Source of the DNA: an uncultured delta proteobacterium
Lineage (GTDB): Bacteria > Desulfobacterota > RBG-13-43-22
Direction of reading: 5' to 3'
Length of the DNA: 64,000 nt
Assembly (NCBI GenBank): GCA_963711835.1
Contig: CAVQFQ010000005.1
Location: 288,001-352,000 of the forward strand
Both the position numbers and the translations under genes were made by a program. The notes below the pieces were generated by a model. It was not told the origin of the DNA, searched no databases, and worked only from the letters and a program-made list of their open reading frames with translations. Shown in pieces: positions 9,772 to 18,615 of this stretch (positions within the stretch are counted from its first letter, which is position 1; each line of letters starts with the position of its first letter).

Positions 9772-10844
9772 GGGGACGTTGTTCACTTTATTCACTATTG
9801 ATAGTTTTTTGCTTCTATTCGTTTAATGGCCATGGCCACTCCCGTAGTCCCAATTCCAACCAGGCGAGCGATTTCGGCCATTGGAATCCCGAGATCTCGG
9901 TTAAAATAGAAACAGAGTCTTTTCCGTAGTTCCGATACTGCTTTTCGTTGGCTCCCTGATATTAACTCGATTTCCTTGACCCCGGCTTCATGACATCTTT
10001 CTTTAATAATCTTCGATAACGATCCGGCTTTCTTTCGAGCTCGTATTTGGCGGGTCAACTTTTGATCTGCTTCTTCCAGAATTCCTTGGACGAAATCTCC
10101 ATCTCCTAATATCCGTTCATCATAAGTTTCGGATTCGCCCCTCTTTCTTAGAGATAAAACTTGCGACCATCCCCCCAGACTCCGAATCAATCCGCCACCG
10201 ACCAATTCTGGCCTTTGTCCAAGGCCCTTTCCTGCCGCCACAAATTCCCGGTAAGATTGAACGGCCTTTCTCTTTTTGGACCCAAAAAACCCGAGCACAA
10301 AATCTTTTTCCTGAAAATCATTCGTCTGCTTGCCGGATAAAATCCCGTGGCCGCACCAGGGGTAGTTTTCCAATTCTTCAAGATCATTAACCAATCTAGC
10401 CCTAAGAGGATTCAGGTGGATATATCGGACCAGTTCCAGAAGGTACGGATCCAGGTCACAAATAATTGATTTGTATCGGTTCTGAAACAGATGCCCGAAT
10501 CTCCGATATTTCCGGTTATACCCAATGGCATAACCGGTTAACAAACGTCGCATAAAGGTTGGAAGACCCGCCGGTCCGCTGATCAATAACAAATGAACAT
10601 GATTATCCAACAGCGCCCAGGCCAAAATACGGGTTCTGGTTTCCTTAACCAAGGAATTGATCCTATCGAGAAAATCCTTTCGATCTTCCGCATCCTGGAA
10701 AATATTACTTCCTTCTATCCCTCGTACCATAATATGGTGCAGGGTTCCGGGGATATCTAAACGAGCTTTTCGAGGCATAATTCTTTATAAACTGTTTCGC
10801 TCCTTATGTCAAAATTAATTGTGAATTAAATGAACAACGTCCCC
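9772..10844 (-). mobile_element. Y1-transposase element bounded by 24-bp imperfect terminal inverted repeats
   Basis: ggggacgttgttcactttattcac (9772-9795) versus gtgaattaaatgaacaacgtcccc (10821-10844), 22/24 match. Confidence 0.8.
9795..10778 (-). CDS. RAYT/IS200-like Y1 HUH transposase with C-terminal DnaA_C-like HTH
   Basis: HHIMVRG, DNHVHLL (HUH), GHLFQNRYKS, RYIHLNP (catalytic Tyr), YPW and a C-terminal AEIARLVG helix. Confidence 0.88.
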   Translation of the reverse strand: MPRKARLDIPGTLHHIMVRGIEGSNIFQDAEDRKDFLDRINSLVKETRTRILAWALLDNHVHLLLISGPAGLPTFMRRLLTGYAIGYNRKYRRFGHLFQNRYKSIICDLDPYLLELVRYIHLNPLRARLVNDLEELENYPWCGHGILSGKQTNDFQEKDFVLGFFGSKKRKAVQSYREFVAAGKGLGQRPELVGGGLIRSLGGWSQVLSLRKRGESETYDERILGDGDFVQGILEEADQKLTRQIRARKKAGSLSKIIKERCHEAGVKEIELISGSQRKAVSELRKRLCFYFNRDLGIPMAEIARLVGIGTTGVAMAIKRIEAKNYQ

Positions 10845-10847
10845 ATT

Positions 10848-11078
10848 TCCCATGTCCAGGGGGCGCTTTATGAGGCTGTGCGCAAGGCCAAACTCACCAA
10901 GCGTGTCACTTCTCATACCTTCCGCCACAGCTTTGCCACTCATCTTTTACAGGCCAATTATGATATCCGGACGATCCAGACACTACTTGGTCACAGCGAC
11001 GTGAGGACCACGATGATTTACACCCACTGCCTACCCAGCCGGACTGTGAAAGAGGCCAAAAGCCCCCTTGATTTCTAA
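10848..11078 (+). pseudogene. intI: Integron integrase, C-terminal remnant
   Basis: [35 protein letters not shown] and a terminal SPLD typical of IntI. The N-terminus is lost at the element boundary. Confidence 0.85.
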
Positions 11079-11342
11079 TTTGTTCTCATCCGTCGGAGGG
11101 GACATAGGTGCTGAGTGAACCTATTATCTTTGAAAAACCTGCTCTTGGAGAGGAGCTAAAGGCGGTCAGCCATGAGTCGGGCTAAAGGGAATTCCTTTAA
11201 GGCAGGCGATCCGTTTGACCATGGATAAATCAAAGGGGTCGATTCGGAGGGAAACCGGTTGGCGGACCGGGCGCCGGGCAATGAAGGGAAAGCAGGTTTT
11301 TGGGGTGGATGGTGACAGCACCAATCCGCAACCGGTAAAGAA

Positions 11343-11372
11343 AAGGGGGTCAACCTGTTTGGTTAACCCCCT
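11343..11372 (-). terminator. Hairpin downstream of tRNA-Asp
   Basis: agggggtcaacc ... ggttaaccccct; on the minus strand it is followed by TTTTC. Confidence 0.6.
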
Positions 11373-11380
11373 GATGTTTC

Positions 11381-11457
<77 letters not shown>

Positions 11458-11469
11458 CTAAGCTGCCCC

Positions 11470-11544
11470 TGGTAGGCGGAACAGGATTTGAACCTGTGAC
11501 CCTCGGCTTGTAAGGCCGACGCTCTCCCGCTGAGCTACCCGCCC
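11470..11544 (-). tRNA. tRNA-Val(TAC)
   Basis: GGGCGGGTAGCTCAGCGGGAGAGCGTCGGC CT TAC AA GCCGA...GGTTCAAATCC...CCA. Confidence 0.97.
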
Positions 11545-11645
11545 AGAATGGTAAAGTATAGTGGCCCCAGGCCATTTGGTCAAGAAAAAAAAGATGACGC
11601 TTTCTCTTGACCCCGGGTTCGAACAATGGTAGTTTTTTCCCCGAC

Positions 11646-12524
11646 ATGGCCATCCCGTTCTGCAGAAAAATCCCCTGGCTGCTGCTGATTCTCTGGATCG
11701 GGCCGGGCTGTTTTTCCAGTCAGCAATACCTGACGGAAAAAGGGTCCTCCCTGTTCAAGGAAATCGCCCTTTCAGCCAACCGGCAGTCCGATCCGGTTCT
11801 GGTCCGCCAGGGCATCCCTTCCTACCTGATGTTGATCGACGGCCTGATCCAGACCTACCCGGACAATCAGGAATTTCTCTTAGCCGGAGCCCAGGCCTAT
11901 GCCTCCTATGCTTCGGTGCTGGAGGATGAGGAACAGAAAAGAGTCCCCCCCGTGCTCGGCAAGGCCAAAGAGTATATCCTGCGGGCCATCCGGTTGAACC
12001 GGCTTTTTAACGGGGTTATCGGGAAACCGTTAGCGCTTTTCCAAACCCAGTTAAGCCAGGCCGACAAAAAGGATGTCCCTTTTCTTTTTTGGGCGGGCAG
12101 TATCTGGGGCACCTGGATCGCCAATGAAACCGAATCCCTGGAGGCCATGGCCGAACTGCCCTGGGTGGAGGCCATCATGGAAAGGGTGCTGCAGCTTGAT
12201 CCCGGCTTCTATTTTGGCGGCCCCCATCTTTTTAAGGGCATTCTTTATGCCCTTCGGCCGGCTCCCTTTGGCGGCGACTTGAAAAAATCCCGGGAGCATT
12301 TCCAGCAGGCCCTAACATTCAGCCAGGGGAAATTTTTGATGACCTCGGTCTATTATGCCCAGTATTATGCCCGGCAAAGCCTGGACCGCAACTTATATAC
12401 CGCCACCCTGAATCGGGTTTTGGAGGCAGCGGCCGATCAGGAACCTGACCTGACCCTGGTCAATACCTTAGCCCAGCGTAAAGCCAAGAAACTTCTAGCG
12501 CAAGCGGATGAATTTTTCGACTGA
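11646..12524 (+). CDS. TRAP transporter TatT (T-component) lipoprotein
   Basis: Lipoprotein-like signal, TPR-like helical protein, PxxGGD motif, directly upstream of dctPQM-like genes. Confidence 0.85.
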   Translation: MAIPFCRKIPWLLLILWIGPGCFSSQQYLTEKGSSLFKEIALSANRQSDPVLVRQGIPSYLMLIDGLIQTYPDNQEFLLAGAQAYASYASVLEDEEQKRVPPVLGKAKEYILRAIRLNRLFNGVIGKPLALFQTQLSQADKKDVPFLFWAGSIWGTWIANETESLEAMAELPWVEAIMERVLQLDPGFYFGGPHLFKGILYALRPAPFGGDLKKSREHFQQALTFSQGKFLMTSVYYAQYYARQSLDRNLYTATLNRVLEAAADQEPDLTLVNTLAQRKAKKLLAQADEFFD

Positions 12525-12539
12525 AAAGGAGGGCCCCGG

Positions 12540-13556
12540 ATGCACCCCAACCTGAAAAGAAAGCTGCTGGGATTGATTTCTTTCTGGGCCATGCTGCTGA
12601 TGGTCCAATCGGCAGGGGCTGAGAAAGTGGTTTTGAAGCTGGGCACCCTGGCCCCGGAGGGCAGCACCTGGACCAAGGCCATCCGGGATATCAACCAGGA
12701 ACTGGAGCAGAAGACCGGCAAAGAGATCAGCCTGCGCCTCTTTCCCGGGGGCGTTCTGGGCGATGAGGAGGACATGCTGCGCAAGATCAAGGTCGGCCAG
12801 ATTCAAGGCGGCTTTTTTACCGGGGGCGGCCTGGGCCTGATCTTTAAAGACATCAAGATCCTGGCCATCCCTTTTCTCTTTGAAAACTATGAAGAAGTAG
12901 ACGCCCTGATGAACCGGATGAGTCCTTTTTTTGAAAAGGGCGTCCTGGAGAACGGCTACAAGATAATGGGTTGGGCGGAATCCGGTTTTCTTCACCTTCT
13001 ATCAAAACATCCCATCAAAAATGCAGCCGATTTCCGTAAGGGCAAGGTCTGGATCTGGGAGGATACGGCCATGGGTCGGGCTCTGTTCAAAGAATTAGGC
13101 ATCAATCCTATTCCCCTCGGCATCCCGGATGTGCTCATTTCCCTGCAAACCGGCATGATCGATACGGTTTATGCTTCCCCGGTGGCGGCCATTTCCATGC
13201 AATGGTTCACCCGGGTTTCTTATCTGACCGACATTCCTCTGGCCTATTCCGTGGGTGCCCTGGTCATGCAAAAATCGGCCTTCGAAAAGATACCGCCTGC
13301 TTTGAGGGGGACCGTGGAGGAAATCTTCCGCCGCCACATCGCCCTATTAAAAGAAAATATCCGCAAGGAAAACCAGAAGGCCGTGGGGGTGATAACCAAA
13401 CAAGGGATAAAACTGGTCACCCCCGGAGCTAAGGAGGTTAAAGAACTCCAGGCCTTGTGTGCCAAAGGTATTGATACCCTGGGCGAAGAGCAGTTTTCCA
13501 AAAAAACCCTGGCCGAAGTCCGGGCCTTTTTAAAAACCTTTCGCAAAGAAAATTGA
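12540..13556 (+). CDS. dctP: TRAP substrate-binding protein DctP/TatP
   Basis: LKLGTLAPEGSTW, PGGVLGDE and LQTGMID. Confidence 0.9.
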   Translation: MHPNLKRKLLGLISFWAMLLMVQSAGAEKVVLKLGTLAPEGSTWTKAIRDINQELEQKTGKEISLRLFPGGVLGDEEDMLRKIKVGQIQGGFFTGGGLGLIFKDIKILAIPFLFENYEEVDALMNRMSPFFEKGVLENGYKIMGWAESGFLHLLSKHPIKNAADFRKGKVWIWEDTAMGRALFKELGINPIPLGIPDVLISLQTGMIDTVYASPVAAISMQWFTRVSYLTDIPLAYSVGALVMQKSAFEKIPPALRGTVEEIFRRHIALLKENIRKENQKAVGVITKQGIKLVTPGAKEVKELQALCAKGIDTLGEEQFSKKTLAEVRAFLKTFRKEN

Positions 13557-14053
13557 TGCCAACCGCTCCTTCCCGGCTGAAGCGGTTGGCCTCCTGCTGG
13601 TTGCGGCTGGAAGAGATCCTGCTGGTAGCCCTTCTGCTTTTAATGGTCCTGCTGGGATTTCTCCAGATCTTTTTCCGCAATGTCATTTCTGTCGGACTGA
13701 TCTGGATTGATCCCCTGCAGCGGCATATGGTCCTCTGGGTGGCCCTGCTCGGCGCCTCGGTGGCCACCAGGGAAAACCGGCATATTGCGATTGATCTGCT
13801 TGAGGGCCGCCTGGGGGGGAAAAGCCTGGCCCGGATCCGGGCGGCCATCCACTTCTTTTCCGCTTTTATCTGCTTCCTGCTCGTTCATCCGGCCCTGAGA
13901 TTTGTCCAGGAAGAATATCAGGTAGGCAAGACCCTGGCCCTGGGCATCCCCATTTGGGTATCCCAGTCCATCCTGCCGGTGATGCTGACGGTCATCGGCC
14001 TGCGATTCTTGGCCAGGGGCTGGACACTCCTGATAAGCAGGACCAAGGATTAA
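13553..14053 (+). CDS. dctQ: TRAP small permease
   Basis: About 4 TM, LWVALLGA, HIAID. Confidence 0.88.
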   Translation: MMPTAPSRLKRLASCWLRLEEILLVALLLLMVLLGFLQIFFRNVISVGLIWIDPLQRHMVLWVALLGASVATRENRHIAIDLLEGRLGGKSLARIRAAIHFFSAFICFLLVHPALRFVQEEYQVGKTLALGIPIWVSQSILPVMLTVIGLRFLARGWTLLISRTKD

Positions 14054-14058
14054 ATAAA

Positions 14059-15315
14059 ATGGGCCTCCTTTCTTCCCTGGTGACCGTCCTGCTGGCCCTG
14101 GCCGGGACCCCTCTTTTTATCGTCATTGCCGCCGGCGGTCTTTTCTTCCTTTATACCAACGGCATAGACCTCTCGGCCATGATCATCGAATTGTACAAGC
14201 TGGCCCATACCCCCATGCTGGTGGCCCTGCCTCTGTTTGCCTTAGCCGGGTATATCCTGGCTGGAAGCAACGCCCCCAACCGCCTGGTCCGCCTTTCCGG
14301 GGCCCTCCTGGGCTGGCTTCCCGGTGGCCTGGCGGTCATTGCCTTGTTCTTTTCAGCCATCTTTACGGCCTTAACCGGGGCCACCGGATTAACCATCATC
14401 GCCCTGGGCGGCCTCTTATACCCGGCTTTGATCCGTCAAAAATATCCCGAGAAATTTTCCCTGGGGCTCTTGACCACCTCGGGGACCCTGGGATTGCTTT
14501 TCCCTCCCAGCCTGCCCCTTATCCTGTACGGCGTGGTGGCCCAGACCAGCATCGATCAGTTGTTCCTGGCCGGGATCATCCCCGGATTGATTATGGTTTT
14601 TCTTCTCTCCCTTTACAGCGCCTGGAAGGGCATCAGAAATCAGGTGGCCCGGCCTCCCTTTACCGTTAAGGAATTAAAAGAGGCTTTGCGGGAATCCATC
14701 TGGGAAATCCCCCTTCCTTTTGTGGTTCTGGGCGGGATCTATACCGGGTTCGTAGCCATCAGCGAGGCCGCCGTACTGACCGTAGTCTATGTCCTGATCG
14801 TCGAAGTTTGGGTTTATCGGGATATTAAGGTCCGCGACCTGTTCCAGGTTATTTTGAAGAGCTCTGTCCTGGTAGGCGGGATCCTGATCATTTTGGGGGT
14901 CTCCTTCGGCCTGACCAATACCTTGATCAACGAAGAGATCCCCATGAAGGTTTTGGACTTCTTAAAGGATCATGTCCATAGTCCTTATGTCTTCCTGCTC
15001 TGGCTCAACCTCTTTCTCCTGGCGGCCGGCTGCCTCCTGGGCATGTTTCCGGCCCTGACCATCCTGGTGCCCCTGATCATTCCCCTGGCCCAAGCCTATG
15101 GGCTGCACCCGGTCCATCTGGGGATCATCCTCCTGACCAATCTGGAAATCGGGGCTTCTCTGCCGCCGGTGGGGATCAACCTCTTTGTCGCCAGTATGCG
15201 GTTTGAACGGCCGGTCCTGGATCTCTATCAGGCCTCGATCCCTTTTATCATCATCCTATTTTTGACCTTGATCTTGATTACCTATCTGCCGGCCTTGAGT
15301 TTGGTGTTTCTGTAA
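14059..15315 (+). CDS. dctM: TRAP large permease
   Basis: ALPLF, GTLGLLFPPS, LFLAGIIPG and PPVGINLFV. Confidence 0.92.
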   Translation: MGLLSSLVTVLLALAGTPLFIVIAAGGLFFLYTNGIDLSAMIIELYKLAHTPMLVALPLFALAGYILAGSNAPNRLVRLSGALLGWLPGGLAVIALFFSAIFTALTGATGLTIIALGGLLYPALIRQKYPEKFSLGLLTTSGTLGLLFPPSLPLILYGVVAQTSIDQLFLAGIIPGLIMVFLLSLYSAWKGIRNQVARPPFTVKELKEALRESIWEIPLPFVVLGGIYTGFVAISEAAVLTVVYVLIVEVWVYRDIKVRDLFQVILKSSVLVGGILIILGVSFGLTNTLINEEIPMKVLDFLKDHVHSPYVFLLWLNLFLLAAGCLLGMFPALTILVPLIIPLAQAYGLHPVHLGIILLTNLEIGASLPPVGINLFVASMRFERPVLDLYQASIPFIIILFLTLILITYLPALSLVFL

Positions 15316-15402
15316 AAAGAAGGGTCCAAGGGGTCGAGGGTTCGGATACTGGATGCTGGATAAAAGCAAAAGACGATACTGGGAAAAGACAACGGGTCAG
15401 AG

Positions 15403-16296
15403 ATGATAACCTTGGAAGATAAAACCGGGGCCAAGGCCATGATCGCTCCGGAACTGGGGGGCTGGTTGCTGCGTTATGCCCGGCCTCTGCCGAATCATGG
15501 ATTGGTCGAGGCCCTGCATTGGTCCCAGGAGGTCATTGACCGCTATCCGAAAGAAATGGTTGCCGGCAACCCGATCCTGTTTCCTCTGGTGGGGAAGAAT
15601 ATCTGGGAGGGCCGGGAGCACCTGTACCGATGGCAGGATCGCACCTATGAAATGCCCCAGCACGGCTTCGGACGCCGCTCCCCCTGGAAGGTTATTAATC
15701 AAACCTCTGACAGTGTCACCCTGGAACTGACCGATAATGAGACTACCTGGACGGTGTATCCCTTTTCATTCCGCCACCGAGTCCGGTATCGCCTCGATCA
15801 GGGTCGGCTCCATTGGGAACAGGAGGTCGAAAACACCGGCCGGGGTCCTTTGCCTTTCAGCTCCGGCTTCCATCCTTACTTCAGCGTCCCTCTTGGTAAA
15901 AACAGCAGCCGCTCTCAGTGCCTGGTCAAAATCCCGGCAGCCAGCCGGGTTTCCTCCGGGGATTTTTGGGAAACCTATACCAAGGACCCTGTCCCGGCCC
16001 AATCATGGGCTTTAAGTAATGCCCCTCAGGAGACGGTCTTTTTCACCGATCTGGCAAAACAGGAATTGTCCCTGGTTGATTCTCAGGGCCGGTTGGAAGT
16101 GGTTTTAAATTTTGAAGAGGCCCGGCAGCACCGTTTCGTGGCCCTCTGGACCCGGTCCCCGGAGGCGCCATTTTATTGCCTCGAGCCCTGGACGGCCTTA
16201 CCCAATTCTTTTACCCGCGGGCAGGACCTTGTTCTGCTTGAACCCGGGGAGCTTTTTCGGGCGGCCTTCTCACTGGAAATAAGGGCTGCAGTTTAA
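15403..16296 (+). CDS. Aldose 1-epimerase (galactose mutarotase-like) family protein
   Basis: PILFP, QHGF, GFHPYF and CLEPWT. Confidence 0.88.
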   Translation: MITLEDKTGAKAMIAPELGGWLLRYARPLPNHGLVEALHWSQEVIDRYPKEMVAGNPILFPLVGKNIWEGREHLYRWQDRTYEMPQHGFGRRSPWKVINQTSDSVTLELTDNETTWTVYPFSFRHRVRYRLDQGRLHWEQEVENTGRGPLPFSSGFHPYFSVPLGKNSSRSQCLVKIPAASRVSSGDFWETYTKDPVPAQSWALSNAPQETVFFTDLAKQELSLVDSQGRLEVVLNFEEARQHRFVALWTRSPEAPFYCLEPWTALPNSFTRGQDLVLLEPGELFRAAFSLEIRAAV

Positions 16297-16326
16297 CATG
16301 CTGAAGTCAAAAACCCTTCGTCCTTT

Positions 16327-17094
16327 CTATTTCGCCCCCATCCTAAGCCCCCCATCCAGCCGGATCACTTCGGCATTCAGCATGGGGTTTCCGATAATAT
16401 GGGCAACCAGCATGGCAAATTCAATCGGTTTTCCTAAGCGCTGGGGGAACAGGCTCATCTTGGCCAGGGACTCCTGAACTTTTTCCGGCATCCCGGTCAG
16501 CATCGGGGTGCCGAAGATCCCCGGGGCGATAGTCATGACCCGGATCCCATAGCCGGCGAATTCCCGGGCGATGGGCAGGGCCATTCCGGCCACGGCAGCT
16601 TTGGATGCGGCGTAGGCGGCCTGGCCGTATTGCCCCTCGAAAGCGGCAATAGAAGCGGTATTGATCATAACCCCTTTTTCACCGTCTTCATTAGGCTGGT
16701 TCTTGGCCATCTGCTCGGCAGCCAATCGAATCACATTCATGGTACCGATTAAGTTAATAGCTATGACCTGGTTAAAGTGCGCTATCGGCAGGGGGCCTTC
16801 CTTACCCAGGACCTTGCCGGCTGTCCCCACCCCGGCGCAGTTGACGACTATATGGATGGACCCAAATTCCTGCCTGGTTTTATCTATGGCAGCCTGGACG
16901 CTCTTTTCATCGGTCACATCGGTTTTGCAAAAAATTGCCTTACTCCCCAATTCAGCCGCTACCTGTTTTCCCCGGTCTTCGGCAAAATCGAGAATGGCCG
17001 CCTTAGCCCCTTTCTCAAGAAGATAACGAACCGTGGCCTCTCCCAAACCTGAGGCACCTCCTGTAACAATCGCCACCTTATCTTTAATATCCAT
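16327..17094 (-). CDS. SDR 3-hydroxyacyl-CoA dehydrogenase (HSD10-like)
   Basis: TGGASGLG, NCAG, YAASK and RLDGGLRM. Confidence 0.92.
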   Translation of the reverse strand: MDIKDKVAIVTGGASGLGEATVRYLLEKGAKAAILDFAEDRGKQVAAELGSKAIFCKTDVTDEKSVQAAIDKTRQEFGSIHIVVNCAGVGTAGKVLGKEGPLPIAHFNQVIAINLIGTMNVIRLAAEQMAKNQPNEDGEKGVMINTASIAAFEGQYGQAAYAASKAAVAGMALPIAREFAGYGIRVMTIAPGIFGTPMLTGMPEKVQESLAKMSLFPQRLGKPIEFAMLVAHIIGNPMLNAEVIRLDGGLRMGAK

Positions 17095-17150
17095 GGCTAT
17101 ACTCCTTTCTTTTATTCGGGGCAACACGTGATAGCTTTAAAAATTATCCC

Positions 17151-17969
17151 CTATTTCTCTTTCTCCAAAGGAATCCATCGATAGGAAATGCCTTGGGGAC
17201 GCACTTCTACCAGGACGAACCCATATTCGGCCTTTCCAAATCCATATCTTCCGTAGAGTTTGGCCCCGCCCCCGGCGCTGATGACGTATTTGATGCCGTC
17301 CACTTCCATTTCGTCGAAGAGGTGGATATGGCCCATGAAAACCAGGGGAACCCGTGCCTGCTTCATCAAGGCAATCACATCCTCCCCCCGGCCGCCTTCC
17401 GAATCGGATTGCATGGCGTGAACGGCCCAGCGTCCAAAGGGCGGCGGGTTATGAAACGCCACCAGACATATCTTTTTATCCGTCAGGGTCTTTTTAGCAA
17501 ATTCAATATCCGCCTCGTTGAATTTTCCCGCCCCATTATCCAGACCTACAAAGCGGTAGTTTCCATAATCGAAATACCAGTTCAGCGGACCCACAAAATT
17601 CCGGTATGGCCCGGATCCAAAAAGAACGTCATGATTACCCGGCACATGAAGGATGGGAATATCAAAATCCGCAATCAGCTTTTTATAGTGTTCGAATTCC
17701 CCCTCGCCCCCTTTATGGACGAGGTCGCCGGTATTTAAAATAAATAACGGCTTGTAATCCCTGGCCTTATTTAAAAGCCGGGTATAAACATCGTCATTGC
17801 CCCTCATATCGCCCAGGACAATAAAGGGGAAGCCCTTTTCCAATCCCGATTGGTCGGCCTGGATGGCCTGGATATTTTTTTCCAATGATAAAGGTACGGC
17901 CCAAACTGCTTGGAAAAAACTGAGCAGAAGAGCTACGATAATCCCCATGATGAGCGCTTTCTGTTTCAC
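17151..17969 (-). CDS. Exported calcineurin-like metallophosphoesterase
   Basis: Signal peptide, GD, TGDL, GNHD and GHIH motifs. Confidence 0.88.
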   Translation of the reverse strand: MKQKALIMGIIVALLLSFFQAVWAVPLSLEKNIQAIQADQSGLEKGFPFIVLGDMRGNDDVYTRLLNKARDYKPLFILNTGDLVHKGGEGEFEHYKKLIADFDIPILHVPGNHDVLFGSGPYRNFVGPLNWYFDYGNYRFVGLDNGAGKFNEADIEFAKKTLTDKKICLVAFHNPPPFGRWAVHAMQSDSEGGRGEDVIALMKQARVPLVFMGHIHLFDEMEVDGIKYVISAGGGAKLYGRYGFGKAEYGFVLVEVRPQGISYRWIPLEKEK

Positions 17970-18105
17970 GATTTTAAAAACATTCTCCTTTCCTGGATGA
18001 TTGTAATAGAGGGACTTTAAGGAATGCCGGGGGAGCCGTCAATAAAAAAGGGCCGTCTTTTTAGCCGACGGCCCTTGCCTGATGGAAGGCCTCAAACCCT
18101 TGCCG

Positions 18106-18423
18106 TTAATCTTTTTTCTTTTCGTCTTTCTTGGGGGCCTTCTTGGTTACCTTTTTCTTCGGAGCCGGTTTTTTGGCCACAGGGGCTTTTTGTTCGGCCG
18201 GGGCTACCTTTTGTTCCGGGGCTTTGGCCTCCGGAGCCTTGGCCTCCTCTTTCTTGGCCTCTTCCTTCTTCTTGTCTTTGGCATCTTCCAGGTGCAGGGT
18301 TTTCTGTTTCGGAATGCCTTCTTTATCCCTCAGGGCCTTAAAGGTATCATTTCCAAAGGCTGAAAAAATCCCCGTTCCGAAAATAAAAGCAAAAGCCGTT
18401 ACTATTACGATTCCCTTTCTCAT
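18106..18423 (-). CDS. Small exported Lys/Ala/Glu-rich hypothetical protein
   Basis: Signal peptide, low-complexity KAPE repeats, upstream GGAGG RBS. Confidence 0.7.
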   Translation of the reverse strand: MRKGIVIVTAFAFIFGTGIFSAFGNDTFKALRDKEGIPKQKTLHLEDAKDKKKEEAKKEEAKAPEAKAPEQKVAPAEQKAPVAKKPAPKKKVTKKAPKKDEKKKD

Positions 18424-18615
18424 CCTTTTTCCTCCTTTATTACTGTTTTATAATAATCCCCCCCAGAGGGGATTTCTCTCCTTCTCCTTGTAACTATTTT
18501 AATTTTATAAAACATTTCCATTAAAATCAAGCCCTAAAAATGCAATTTCTTTGCTTGACTTAGCCTCCCTATAATGCTTAAATTTCAAATCCAAAAAGTA
18601 TCTTAAGGCCGTTAA

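Noticed and set aside
7600-11380. tRNA-integrated island with att direct repeats
   Set aside because: I found no duplicate of the tRNA-Asp 3' end, and the integrase is integron-type.
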